Shown here: positions 43,112-53,239 of the stretch, piece by piece
How the letters are laid out: every line of letters starts with the position of its first letter
Numbering within the stretch: position 1 is the first letter of the stretch
Assembly (NCBI GenBank): GCA_947478685.1
Contig: CANJWO010000002.1
Coordinates: 8,926 to 72,925, forward strand
DNA: 64,000 nucleotides
DNA from: Chlamydiota bacterium
Lineage (GTDB): Bacteria > Chlamydiota > Chlamydiia > Chlamydiales > 2-12-FULL-49-11
Direction: 5' to 3'
The notes under the pieces: model-generated
Seen by the model: only the letters and a program-made list of their open reading frames with translations
Told to the model about the DNA's origin: nothing
Databases searched by the model: none
Translations under genes and position numbers: made by a program

Positions 43112-44533
43112 ATGACAGAACTAAAAACTGGCAGTGTTGCTGAACTTTGGAAAGTCTCTTATCCAATGATGGTAAGTTTTTTTTCAATGATGCTTATGGT
43201 CTTCGTTGACAGGATCTTCTTATCTTGGTATTCAACAGAAGCTTTTAATGCAGCGACAACTGCGGGCACTCTAGCATGGGGGTTTATCCTAGGTTTGATT
43301 ACACTCGCCAGCATGTCGGAAGTGTTTGTTGCTCAATATAATGGAGCTGGGAAATTTTCCAAAATCGGCTCCCCTGTTTGGCAAACCATCTGGCTCACAC
43401 TAGCCTCCTATCTTTTCTATATTCCAGTAGCAGCCTTTGGCACTTCCCTACTTTATGACCCAATAGTAAGCCCCAATGAATATTACTTCTTTAAAATCCT
43501 AATGTATTTTGGTCCAGTCTTTGCCTTAATCCCCGCTATTGGTGGATTTTATATCGGACGGGGCAAGACGCAAATCATGCAATGGATGGCTATTTTAGGA
43601 AATGTTGTAAACGTCATACTTGATCCAATTCTTATTTTTGGAGTGAGTGACATCATCCCTTCTATGGGAATTAAAGGAGCTGCAATTGCGACAGGAGTCG
43701 GAAGTTTAGTAGAAGCTATGCTACTATTCTATCTTTTTATGCGTAAAGAACATCGCGTTACATTTGGAACCTTAAAGTACTCCTTTGAGAAATGCCTCTT
43801 TATGAAGACAATTAAAGTTGGTCTCCCTCCCGCTATTTTTATCTGCCTGGAACTTATGGGATGGGCTATCTTTTATAATTTTATGGCCCAAATTAGCCCC
43901 ATGCATATTTTTGTGGCATCTGTCTGCCAAACCATTTTACTCCTCTTCCTCTTTTTTGGAATGGGTATTGAAAAAGGGGCTATTGCAATAACGGGAAATT
44001 TCATTGGTAGCAAAGAGAAATCTAAAGTTGCAAATGTATTAGCCTCAGGATTAAAACTTGTAACCTCATTCACTTGCATCTCTGCCCTTTTTCTTATTGT
44101 CTATCCCGATCCTCTCATTAATTGGTTTTTACAAAATCCAGCCCTGTTAGAGCCGGGCGTGAATCTTTTAAGTATTGATGTCATAGAAGCTAAATTTCTT
44201 ATTAGAATCGGTCTTATTTTTATCACTTTTTATATCTTACTTGAAAATATCCGCTGGATTTTAAACGGCATTTTAACTGCTGCAGGCGACACCCTATTTC
44301 TCCTCACCTCTGGCGCTATAACTGTCTGGTTTTTACTTCTAGTTCCAACCTACCTCTTCATTGTCCTTCCAAAAGCAAACGTTGCATACTCCTTTATCAT
44401 TTGGATTGTCTACTCAGCAACCGCACTAGGAATAGTTTTATTCCGTTTCCTACAGGGAAAATGGAAACTAAAAAATCTTGTAGAAGAAAAAATAGAGATA
44501 CCAGTAATTGACAATGGACAACCCACTTACTAA
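43112..44533 (+). CDS. MATE-family efflux transporter
   Basis: 12 TM, with family-typical N-terminus LWKVSYPMMVSFFSMMLMVFVDRIFL. Confidence 0.9.
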   Translation: MTELKTGSVAELWKVSYPMMVSFFSMMLMVFVDRIFLSWYSTEAFNAATTAGTLAWGFILGLITLASMSEVFVAQYNGAGKFSKIGSPVWQTIWLTLASYLFYIPVAAFGTSLLYDPIVSPNEYYFFKILMYFGPVFALIPAIGGFYIGRGKTQIMQWMAILGNVVNVILDPILIFGVSDIIPSMGIKGAAIATGVGSLVEAMLLFYLFMRKEHRVTFGTLKYSFEKCLFMKTIKVGLPPAIFICLELMGWAIFYNFMAQISPMHIFVASVCQTILLLFLFFGMGIEKGAIAITGNFIGSKEKSKVANVLASGLKLVTSFTCISALFLIVYPDPLINWFLQNPALLEPGVNLLSIDVIEAKFLIRIGLIFITFYILLENIRWILNGILTAAGDTLFLLTSGAITVWFLLLVPTYLFIVLPKANVAYSFIIWIVYSATALGIVLFRFLQGKWKLKNLVEEKIEIPVIDNGQPTY

Positions 44534-45149
44534 ACAAGAACAAGATAAATACGAATCGATGTGGAATGTTCCAAGTTATCGGCACACTTCGCCCGGATTT
44601 TTACAAACTGAGACCTTTCTCAAATTTTTTGAGAAGCTTATTCTAGCTGGTGATTCGATTATCGACTTTGGTTGTGGAAGCGGCTTTACCACACTTCCCT
44701 TTCTTGAAAAGGGCTTAAATGTTCATCTCATCGATATAGCTACAAACGCTCTTGCAGATAAAATCGCAGCACTTACACTCCTTGCTTCCGATAGAGTTCA
44801 ATTTACTCATGCCTGTTTATGGGATCTTCCAGATGATATCCCCTCAGCTGACTGGTGCTACTGCATGGATGTCTTGGAGCATATCCCAACTGAGAAAGTT
44901 GATGACGTCTTGAATCACATATCAAAGCGAACAAGAAAAGGGGGCGCCCTCCAAGTTTTTTTAGAAGATGAACCCTTCGGCAACCTCATTGGAGAGACAC
45001 TCCACCTCACAATAAAACCCCTACCTTGGTGGACAGACAAAATTAAAACCTACTTTGACATCTCTGACGTTGTAACTATTGTTCCCGATATCCGCTACAC
45101 CTTCTATGTGACCTCCAAAACAGGAGCTGCACTAGGAAGCTCCAGCTAA
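44508..45149 (+). CDS. Class I SAM-dependent methyltransferase
   Basis: Motif I IIDFGCGSGFTT and motif II-like CYCMDVLEHI. Confidence 0.8.
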   Translation: MTMDNPLTKQEQDKYESMWNVPSYRHTSPGFLQTETFLKFFEKLILAGDSIIDFGCGSGFTTLPFLEKGLNVHLIDIATNALADKIAALTLLASDRVQFTHACLWDLPDDIPSADWCYCMDVLEHIPTEKVDDVLNHISKRTRKGGALQVFLEDEPFGNLIGETLHLTIKPLPWWTDKIKTYFDISDVVTIVPDIRYTFYVTSKTGAALGSSS

Positions 45150-45780
45150 GAAGGACAGTGAACCACAGGATTAGATAGAAAGGCCAGGTACCAATTTTAA
45201 GGAATGGGTGCTCAAGCGGGGGCTTTTCCATTAAAAACATGTAATTAGAATGGGTTAGAAGATTAAAGCAAAAAATCAGACTAGCAAGTAATGTGAAGGC
45301 AAATGCACTTCTCCACCAAGCTCCCCTTCTTGGCCTCATTCTCTCTACAATCGTAAGAAATATCGGCACAAAAATCGAGCTTGAATGACTGATATAAAAC
45401 TCATAGAAAAAGTAATTGCCTTCATAGGGCAATCCTGGTGCTATTAATGCTTGTATTGGCCCAATCATCCCTAAAAACAAAACAACTTCATAAAGCCACT
45501 GCCACCTTGTAATAAGGACTAGCGCTGCACAAAACTCCATAATTGTGCAATATTGCAAAGGCAAAGCCCAGTGAATATCCCAAGATCCCATATAGAAAAG
45601 AGCAAATTGAAAGAAAAAGAGATCAAATAGCAAGAAAACCCCAAAATATTTCAAGGATTTTTGGCGCATTTTTTCAGGCATCCATGAGACAATCATAAGT
45701 ATCAATATTCCAATGACTAGAACACCTATATTCATCTTCCACCACATCAAAGAAAAAGGATCAATTACTGCCGCATACAT
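45076..45780 (-). CDS. Integral membrane protein (about 7 TM), unknown function
   Basis: 234-aa hydrophobic ORF. Its last 74 nt overlap the convergent methyltransferase gene. Confidence 0.6.
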   Translation of the reverse strand: MYAAVIDPFSLMWWKMNIGVLVIGILILMIVSWMPEKMRQKSLKYFGVFLLFDLFFFQFALFYMGSWDIHWALPLQYCTIMEFCAALVLITRWQWLYEVVLFLGMIGPIQALIAPGLPYEGNYFFYEFYISHSSSIFVPIFLTIVERMRPRRGAWWRSAFAFTLLASLIFCFNLLTHSNYMFLMEKPPLEHPFLKIGTWPFYLILWFTVLLSWSFLVQLLFWRSHRRCSGYREQ

Positions 45781-45892
45781 AACCTCATTATACCCTTACC
45801 AATAAATCGCATATGTCACTAATAATTAAAATTTTACAATTTCTCTAAGAAAAAAATAGACTTTATTAGTTGTAAAACTATGCTGTGAAAAT

Positions 45893-47566
45893 ATGAAAAG
45901 GATTGTCATTTTAGGTGGTGGGTTTGCTGGGATTTACGCAGCGACCTATTTAGAGAAGCTTTTTAAAAAGCATCGTGATCAATATGAGATTATCCTTGTT
46001 AGTCGAGATAACTATTTCACCTATCAACCTATGCTAGCTGAAGTGGTAGCAGGGTCTTTAGGTATTTTAGATTCAGTTAGTTCAATACGAGCGCTGCTAA
46101 AACATACTACTATTTATGTTAGAGAAATTTCAAATATCGATTTAGTTGAACGGACAGTCACTCTATCTCCTAATTTTCACCACACTGATCTAAGAATCTC
46201 CTATGACCATCTTGCCATCGCTCTTGGAAATGTGACCGACTTTCGAAAAAGCCCTGGAGGCCTGCATGAGCATGCCCTTGCATTTAAGACATTAAAGGAT
46301 GCGATTAAGCTACGAAACCACCTAATCGATGTAATGGAATCGGCGGCTATTGAAGCAAGCCCAGAGATTCGAAAGCAACTTTTAACCTTTGTTATAGGGG
46401 GCGGCGGATTTTCAGGTGTTGAAATTGTAGCTGAAATCAATGACTTGGTCAGACTTTTTGCTAAAAAATACCCTACAATTATTCCAAGTGAAATTCGAGT
46501 TGTCTTGATCCATAAAAAAGATCGTCTTGTTGATAAAGAGCTTAGCCCTTCTCTTGGAAAATATGCAGAAAAACTTTTAATAAAACGGGGTGTAGAAATT
46601 CTTTTTAATACTGAGCTGAGATCGGCTACTCCTCAGGAGGCAATTCTGCACGATGGGACAAGGATTCCTTCAAGCACTATCGTATCGACAGTTCCTGCCA
46701 ATCCTAACCCTTTAGTTGAACGGCTCCCATTGGAGCAACTACGCGGTCGCTTAATAACAGATTCATTTTTAAGAGTCTCCGGAATAGATAATGTATGGGC
46801 TTTGGGCGATTGTGCAGCTGTTCCCATCCATAATTCAGAGCAAATTTCTCCTCCAACTGCCCAATTTGCTGTAAGACAAGGAAAATGCCTTGCCTATAAC
46901 ATTTATGCTAGCTGTCTTGGAACGACTCAAAAGCCATTTACATTTAAAGCGTTAGGTATGATGGCCTCTTTGGGGCATCGAAAAGCTATTGCTGAAATTT
47001 TTGGTAAGATTAAATTATCTGGTTTTCCCGCTTGGGTTCTTTGGCGTTTTATTTACTGGTCCAAGCTTCCAGGTATTTCAAGAAAAATGAGGGTAGGTTT
47101 CTCATGGATTCTTGATATGCTTGTACCACAAGAGTTTGTTCAATTAAAAGCTGAAGTACATAACGGAATCACCCATCTCCACTATGCAAAAGGGGAGACA
47201 ATCTTCCGAAAGGGTGATATTGGCGATTTTCTCTATATTGTTGTTGATGGGAAAGTTGAAATTTTAGATATTTCAAATCAAAAAGAGATTCAAGTGGCAA
47301 TCCTTGGTAAGGGTGAATATTTCGGCGAAATGGCCCTTTTAAAACAAAAAAAGAGAAATGCGACAGTAAAATGTTTAGAAGATACAGAACTACTTGCAAT
47401 CCGAAAAAATGACTTTCATGTTCTCGTGACAAACTTTGGTAATTTAAGAGAGGAATTTCATAAGACTGAGAAATTGCGTTCTCAAAAAAAAGTAGCTATT
47501 TCGGAGATTGGGGACATTCTTGACTTATCCCAAAATGATATTCCCCCTCACATTCGCCATGGATAA
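45893..47566 (+). CDS. ndh: Type II NADH dehydrogenase (NDH-2) fused to a C-terminal cyclic-nucleotide-binding domain
   Basis: ILGGGFAGIY, GGGGFSGVE and ALGDCA for NDH-2. The C-terminal ~140 aa carries GDFLYIVVDGKVEI...GKGEYFGEMALL...RNATVKC (cNMP-binding beta-barrel/PBC). Confidence 0.85.
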   Translation: MKRIVILGGGFAGIYAATYLEKLFKKHRDQYEIILVSRDNYFTYQPMLAEVVAGSLGILDSVSSIRALLKHTTIYVREISNIDLVERTVTLSPNFHHTDLRISYDHLAIALGNVTDFRKSPGGLHEHALAFKTLKDAIKLRNHLIDVMESAAIEASPEIRKQLLTFVIGGGGFSGVEIVAEINDLVRLFAKKYPTIIPSEIRVVLIHKKDRLVDKELSPSLGKYAEKLLIKRGVEILFNTELRSATPQEAILHDGTRIPSSTIVSTVPANPNPLVERLPLEQLRGRLITDSFLRVSGIDNVWALGDCAAVPIHNSEQISPPTAQFAVRQGKCLAYNIYASCLGTTQKPFTFKALGMMASLGHRKAIAEIFGKIKLSGFPAWVLWRFIYWSKLPGISRKMRVGFSWILDMLVPQEFVQLKAEVHNGITHLHYAKGETIFRKGDIGDFLYIVVDGKVEILDISNQKEIQVAILGKGEYFGEMALLKQKKRNATVKCLEDTELLAIRKNDFHVLVTNFGNLREEFHKTEKLRSQKKVAISEIGDILDLSQNDIPPHIRHG

Positions 47567-48236
47567 TTGCACAAAGCTTATCCGACGGAAGTGAAAGAAG
47601 GTAAGCCTTCACTTTTTGAATTTCACTTACCGTATAAATATGTCTTTGCAAAGCCTCCCTTAACAGGTGCTGATTCAATGGTGACCCCATATCAAGCTCA
47701 AGAAGTTTAGATAACCGTCCCTTATAAAATGTGAAAGCTTCCCTCCCCCCCTCTGTTTTTAATATCGATGTGGCCTTTTTTATCCTTATAAGATCGGCAT
47801 AGAGCTCCTTAGTAAAAGTCTCAGGAGCATTATCCCCCAAATTTGCCATGTATTTAAAAAATGAGGCTTCAAAAGTAGATTCAAAAACAGATTCATCTTT
47901 TCTTGCGATAGAGCACTCTTTCAACAACCTAAACATCTCTTCAATGTTTTTTTCTCTACCCAACTGCAAAATTGCAACAATTTTTGGATCGGATTTTTCT
48001 ATTGCATCACCAATTTTATTAGACAACTCTCGAATCTCCTGAAATTGTTTCCATTCTAATCTTTTTTCTTTTGGTTGATCTCTTATGAATTCGAGATAGT
48101 CTTCATACTCACCATTTAAAAAAACCTTAAATTCTTTTTTTTCAGTTGCAAAAGATGGCTCCCTAACAACCAAATGATCTTTATTCTCAGCTGCAAATGA
48201 GAGGGCAATCCCGAGAACAATCAAAAGGGGAACCAT
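47496..48236 (-). CDS. Hypothetical anchored protein
   Basis: Start moved to Met 48236 (MVPLLIVLGIALSFAAENK). No motifs. The 3' 71 nt overlap ndh. Confidence 0.5.
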   Translation of the reverse strand: MVPLLIVLGIALSFAAENKDHLVVREPSFATEKKEFKVFLNGEYEDYLEFIRDQPKEKRLEWKQFQEIRELSNKIGDAIEKSDPKIVAILQLGREKNIEEMFRLLKECSIARKDESVFESTFEASFFKYMANLGDNAPETFTKELYADLIRIKKATSILKTEGGREAFTFYKGRLSKLLELDMGSPLNQHLLREALQRHIYTVSEIQKVKAYLLSLPSDKLCAIIHGECEGEYHFGISQECPQSPK

Positions 48237-48243
48237 TACATAT

Positions 48244-49296
48244 TTATACTTCTTTAGACATACGAATTGTTTGCGTAGGATAGGCAAGTTCTCCTCCTCC
48301 GTTTCGGACAATTAGATAGATTTCCAATAAAATCTCTTCCATCACCTGGAAGTATTTTTTATAGTCTGCTGTTTTAACATAAACTCTCAGTTCTAAATTA
48401 AATGCAGAATCAGCAAGATCTACAAGATGGATAAAATTCATCTCGCTTCTATCCAGATCAGTTCTATTAGCTATATACATTCTTATCTTCTCTAAAATTG
48501 AAGGCATCTTATCTACGTCTTCATATCTAAGAGCGATTATCTTCCAAATTCTATAGTGAGTAATCCTTGTCCGATTTATGTATATCATTGAAGAAAATAA
48601 ATTATTCGGAACATATAGAACTCTCTTATCAAGAGTTCTTAACTTTGTGATGCGCCATCCAATTGCCTCAACACATCCCTCCATCTTCCCATCTGGAGTG
48701 AGAATCCACTCGCCAATCTTAAAAGGACGATCGACTGCTAAAACAATTCCACCAAAAATATTCGACAGCGCATCTTTGGCAGCAAAACCGACAACGATAC
48801 CTCCAAGCCCTCCAAATGCAAGCAGCCCTCCGATCGGTATTCCTAATATCGGCAATATCAATAATATTGTAATAAAAATAATAGCTAAGAGACATACTTT
48901 TGAAAAAAGAGCTACCGTTGTCAAATCTTGATGCCATTTTTCTAAAAGAACTCGCTCACCTTCTCTAGAAAAAATATAGACTGCCCATCCTATTGCAAAA
49001 ACAATCCCTATTTGCAATAAAATGACTGCACTGTTTCCAATTCCCATCTGGAAGAGCCTTCCTGCGTAAAGAGTTGCAAGAAGAGAAAAGCCTAATAGCC
49101 ACATGAACAATTTAAATGGATGGTACAATACATTGAGTATAAAAAGCCTACCATGCTTAGCTTCATGTGCATACTTTGGATAACGGACTTTATATAGAAA
49201 ATTAATACCTATATGCAAAAGCATAAGAGAGCCAAACACTCCTATTATAGGAACAGACCAATGACATCCATGCAAAAAAGCTATGACAGTTTCCAT
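48244..49296 (-). CDS. Mechanosensitive ion channel, MscS family
   Basis: TM3/beta-domain block NIFGGIVLAVDRPFKIGEWI. Confidence 0.88.
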   Translation of the reverse strand: METVIAFLHGCHWSVPIIGVFGSLMLLHIGINFLYKVRYPKYAHEAKHGRLFILNVLYHPFKLFMWLLGFSLLATLYAGRLFQMGIGNSAVILLQIGIVFAIGWAVYIFSREGERVLLEKWHQDLTTVALFSKVCLLAIIFITILLILPILGIPIGGLLAFGGLGGIVVGFAAKDALSNIFGGIVLAVDRPFKIGEWILTPDGKMEGCVEAIGWRITKLRTLDKRVLYVPNNLFSSMIYINRTRITHYRIWKIIALRYEDVDKMPSILEKIRMYIANRTDLDRSEMNFIHLVDLADSAFNLELRVYVKTADYKKYFQVMEEILLEIYLIVRNGGGELAYPTQTIRMSKEV

Positions 49297-49326
49297 AAAA
49301 ACAACTATACTGATAAGTCAATATTT

Positions 49327-49725
49327 ATGAAATGTCCTTGTCATAGTGGAAAAAATTACGACCTCTGTTGTGGTCCCTACCACAAAAATCAGAAGTTACC
49401 CGAAACAGCGCTTCACCTTATGCGCTCACGCTACAGCGCATATGCACTTGACCTTGCCGATTACATCATCAAATCAACACATCCGAATAGTCCTCTATTT
49501 GAAAAAAATCGTTCCGATTGGATTGCATCCATCCATGAATTTAGCCGGACGACACAATTTCAAGGACTCCGCATCGAATTCTCCGATGAGACCCACGTCA
49601 CCTTCTACGCCATTCTAAATACCCTCGGCAAGGATACAAGCTTTCGAGAAAAAAGCCTCTTCGAAAAATCGGGCGATCTCTGGTGCTACGTCAGCCCAAT
49701 AACTTCAGGCCGAACAAAAAGATAG
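49327..49725 (+). CDS. YchJ-family protein with SEC-C metal-binding motif
   Basis: MKCPCHSGKNYDLCCGPYH followed by LMRSRYSAYAL. Start set at Met 49327. Confidence 0.8.
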   Translation: MKCPCHSGKNYDLCCGPYHKNQKLPETALHLMRSRYSAYALDLADYIIKSTHPNSPLFEKNRSDWIASIHEFSRTTQFQGLRIEFSDETHVTFYAILNTLGKDTSFREKSLFEKSGDLWCYVSPITSGRTKR

Positions 49726-50675
49726 ACCCCTTTTGGTAGTGGAATATCAGGAAATCCATCTAATCTTATTAATAATTGCCCTGTTTTAAGAGTGAACACT
49801 ATCAGGTCTTTAATCGTCCGATTTCGGACCGCCCGCTCAAAATATGCAATAACATCATCTTTTTTTATAGAAAATACTCCCTCAACAGATATGTCTGACT
49901 CAATTTCATCTATATCTTTAGCAAAAAAAAGGGGGTAGCATGTACGAATTGAAGCGCCATGACTTTGAAGATGTTGTATCGCATAAAAAGTTTTTGCCCC
50001 ATCAGAAACCTGACAAAAAGCCTTTATGTTTGCACCCCCTTTTTTATAAACCTCCCAAGAAGGTATGGTTAATGCTGTCGTCAATTGATCCTTGTCTACT
50101 ATTGAATCTGGAAAAAACGTTGAAAACTTATCCATATACCAGCCTGCTCCAACTCCAGAATCAGGGTTGACAACGAATTCTTTTATAAGACCTCTTCGAG
50201 GATCAGTGAGCGGGCAAAAATGACCATCAACTATATGTGTAAGATCCATAGCCACAAACCTAATTGAAGATCCTCTATTTGTTTCTGTTACTACCAAGCT
50301 TGCAGAGCTTGCCCCTGGACCCTGTAGTAATTCGTGCACCCTTTTTACTGCTGTCGGAGAGCTCAAAGGGACACCATCTCCAAGCATTTTCGCCCTTACT
50401 CGTGAAATGTAAAGCTCTCTTTGAGATTCTATAGGAAATGTCCTTAGAATTCTCATTCCATCTCTAAGTATCCCATCTCTGTTTGGAGTTAATTTTATGC
50501 GTAGCCCCGTAGTCACTATTACTTCTTCCGCCGTTCTCAAACCTTGAGGAGTACTTTGGATGACAGGAAGAACAATTGTCCTTTTAGGACTTAATGGCGT
50601 TTCAAGATCAGCAATTGCTTGCATAAATCTTGCTAATTCTAAATCAATACTACTTGAGCCAGTTACACTGTCCAT
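49686..50675 (-). CDS. Hypothetical protein (orphan)
   Basis: 329-aa ORF with no convincing motifs. Confidence 0.55.
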   Translation of the reverse strand: MDSVTGSSSIDLELARFMQAIADLETPLSPKRTIVLPVIQSTPQGLRTAEEVIVTTGLRIKLTPNRDGILRDGMRILRTFPIESQRELYISRVRAKMLGDGVPLSSPTAVKRVHELLQGPGASSASLVVTETNRGSSIRFVAMDLTHIVDGHFCPLTDPRRGLIKEFVVNPDSGVGAGWYMDKFSTFFPDSIVDKDQLTTALTIPSWEVYKKGGANIKAFCQVSDGAKTFYAIQHLQSHGASIRTCYPLFFAKDIDEIESDISVEGVFSIKKDDVIAYFERAVRNRTIKDLIVFTLKTGQLLIRLDGFPDIPLPKGVYLFVRPEVIGLT

Positions 50676-50726
50676 ACTTCCCCTTTAATTATTAGTTTTA
50701 GAGAAAAGTTATACACTAATTAAAAA

Positions 50727-51965
50727 TTAAACTGAAGTAGCTGTTTTTGGTGCACGCACGAAAAGCGCTGTAACCCCACTCAAACAAAAAAGAGCGCTTA
50801 TAATGAATACAGCAATCGGCCCGAATAATGCAACAAGTAGCCCACCGAGAGGTGGCCCAAGAGTTCCCCTTATACCGACCATTACGATATTAACTCCGCT
50901 ATAGCGCGAACTCTTTTCCCCTTCAGCAAATAGAGGTCCTGAAAGATGCCAAATAAGATGACTGCCCGCTTGAGCAATACCATAAACAAAATAGGCGACA
51001 TAGATCCAGTATTGATGAGCTATCGCAGCTATAATAAGTAATGGAAAGAGAGCAAAACCAATAAGGACAAATGCAGTAAATGTCCCAACTCTGAAATAGC
51101 CTAACGCACGGCTCCATAATGAAGAGGTAAGGACAAATCCGAGCCCCTTACAAATTGAATAGGCAATCATTAAATCTCTAAATGATATCTGCAATGTCTC
51201 CATAAAGAAAATAGGAATAACAGGCTGAATTACCATCAATCCAAATCCACCAACCATAAATGCCCATTGAAAATTTCGAAAATCGCTCCGATTTTTCATT
51301 AACTCATAACAATCGATCCACGGTCTAAGAAAACTCTCTTTCAGGCTTAACCTTTCAGGCTTTGCGATCACTTCTTTTGTCTCTCCCATCGGGACAAACG
51401 CTTGAATCGCTAATGCTATAATTCCTAACAAAATTGCAGATCCAAAAAAAATCTTCCACGAGATAACCGATTTATCTAAAAGAGATCCAATACCAATAGC
51501 AATCAAGACCCCCTCTGCATACCCCAATGCAGACCCAAAAGAGAATGACTTTTCTCTGACACGATCAGGTAAATTTACTTTTAAAATTTCCATCCAGGCA
51601 GGAATTCCAGCCCTTGAAAACAGCATATATAGAGTTGATGCTCCGATCAAAAGCCACACATTGTCAAAAAATAGGGCAAATAGAAAAGGAAGTCTCGCGA
51701 GCAGCCCTGCACCTACAAGACTCATTCGGAGCGTATGTCTGTTTTGAGAAATCTTTTCGCTCCAATATAAAGAAAAAATTGAACTTACCGGCTTCAACAT
51801 CGTCAATAAAACAATTTGAAACGCCGTCGCTCCCAAGCTCTTCAACAAAATAAATGGCAATAACGGATAGAGCGAGACAAAAGGCTCATTAAAGAGACTT
51901 GATAGAAGTAGTGCCCGCCTAGTCTTATACTCATTTGGAAATCCTAGAGGAAAGTGCTTCGCCAT
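50727..51965 (-). CDS. MFS transporter
   Basis: 12-TM hydrophobic profile. Confidence 0.8.
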   Translation of the reverse strand: MAKHFPLGFPNEYKTRRALLLSSLFNEPFVSLYPLLPFILLKSLGATAFQIVLLTMLKPVSSIFSLYWSEKISQNRHTLRMSLVGAGLLARLPFLFALFFDNVWLLIGASTLYMLFSRAGIPAWMEILKVNLPDRVREKSFSFGSALGYAEGVLIAIGIGSLLDKSVISWKIFFGSAILLGIIALAIQAFVPMGETKEVIAKPERLSLKESFLRPWIDCYELMKNRSDFRNFQWAFMVGGFGLMVIQPVIPIFFMETLQISFRDLMIAYSICKGLGFVLTSSLWSRALGYFRVGTFTAFVLIGFALFPLLIIAAIAHQYWIYVAYFVYGIAQAGSHLIWHLSGPLFAEGEKSSRYSGVNIVMVGIRGTLGPPLGGLLVALFGPIAVFIISALFCLSGVTALFVRAPKTATSV

Positions 51966-52059
51966 ACCTCTAGTCTAACTCCCCCCTCTTTCAGATGCAA
52001 CACTCAACTTTAAAAAAAATAGTTGTCTTTAATCCATCAACTGCTAGAATATTCGTATT

Positions 52060-52434
52060 ATGAGCATAATAACTAGAACAGATGCATTTGACACTCTCCG
52101 CGCTTATCATAAATTACAAAACCCAGCCTCCTACTGCATTATTAACGCAGGAAAAGAGTGCGATGGGATTAACTTATACCGTATCGTGGACCAAGTCTGT
52201 TGCCCTCTATTTCGCACTTATGATGCCTCTGCACATACAGAACACGAAGAGGTTTTAATCAAACTCGTTTGCGATCTTAATTTTCTATATAGCGGCGTTT
52301 TTCCAACCCTTTTATCTTCATACCCGAGCGGATTTTTAGATTATCTAGCCCATTCTAATCTACGCGAAAAAGCTATAGAAGTTCTCAAGTCTCATGGCGC
52401 CGACATTTCAGACTTAGAAAGAAGCACTAAATAA
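52060..52434 (+). CDS. Hypothetical protein
   Basis: ORF only. Confidence 0.4.
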   Translation: MSIITRTDAFDTLRAYHKLQNPASYCIINAGKECDGINLYRIVDQVCCPLFRTYDASAHTEHEEVLIKLVCDLNFLYSGVFPTLLSSYPSGFLDYLAHSNLREKAIEVLKSHGADISDLERSTK

Positions 52435-53239
52435 TTCCTCTGCATTCTGCTAGGAAAAGGGCGTAGGTGAGGAAAGAGTCGCGCACATAGACTTTTTCCT
52501 GTTTTCCCTTCACATCTAAATCAAGATATCCTTTTACTAGAGCCTCTTTGATTTCAGCAATGGTAAATGTTCTTACACCTAAAATTGCCTCTGAATAATC
52601 TTGATTAGATAACCCCTGTTTGTCAACTTTAGCAAGATAGATTGGTACAATTGAGCTAGCCATACCAGGATCCGGGGCCATATCTCCTAAATAGATCGAC
52701 TCACTTGTATAAAACCCTGTCTCCTCTTCCAATTCTCTTTTTAGAGCAACTTCAATTGGCTCTGAGGGTTGTCTATCACCTCTTGGAATTTCTAATTCCC
52801 AAACTCTTGTTGCATGCCGAAAAGCAACAATTGCGGCAATCCTTCCTTCCGGTAAAAGGGGTAAAATTGCAACTCCAGCAGGTCCATTATCTAAAGAACA
52901 TTTCTTAATCATTCGATTGTAAGAGCCTTCTGCCCCTGTTGGAAAAATAACTGCATCTCTTATGAATATCCAGTAGAGATCCTCGGAAATTAGACCTATT
53001 TTCGATGCTAAAATCGCATCCTCTTCACTCATTCCTTTTTTTAAACAGCGCGCCTTTTGTAATTTTTCGACATCTCGAATTCTTAATGTATCGGTAACAA
53101 CTTCTATTTCACCCTCTTTAAAGTTCCCCTTTTTCCCCAAGACAGCTTGATGCTCCGTTAGAAATTTAAGATATGTTTCAACATGATCTTCAGCATGTAA
53201 TGAAAAAGTAAACAGAGTTGCTAAAACATAATGAATCAT
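52427..53239 (-). CDS. Nudix hydrolase (ADP-ribose pyrophosphatase-like)
   Basis: Nudix box GDRQPSEPIEVALKRELEEETG. Short hydrophobic N-terminus MIHYVLATLFTFSLHA. Confidence 0.85.
   Translation of the reverse strand: MIHYVLATLFTFSLHAEDHVETYLKFLTEHQAVLGKKGNFKEGEIEVVTDTLRIRDVEKLQKARCLKKGMSEEDAILASKIGLISEDLYWIFIRDAVIFPTGAEGSYNRMIKKCSLDNGPAGVAILPLLPEGRIAAIVAFRHATRVWELEIPRGDRQPSEPIEVALKRELEEETGFYTSESIYLGDMAPDPGMASSIVPIYLAKVDKQGLSNQDYSEAILGVRTFTIAEIKEALVKGYLDLDVKGKQEKVYVRDSFLTYALFLAECRGII

Noticed and set aside
50170-50260. Formal CX5R match (CPLTDPR) in the 49686..50675 orphan
   Set aside because: The regex hit lacks the K-S/D-R-T flavour, has no downstream H(F/L)IK, and shows no similarity to the two CX5R proteins.
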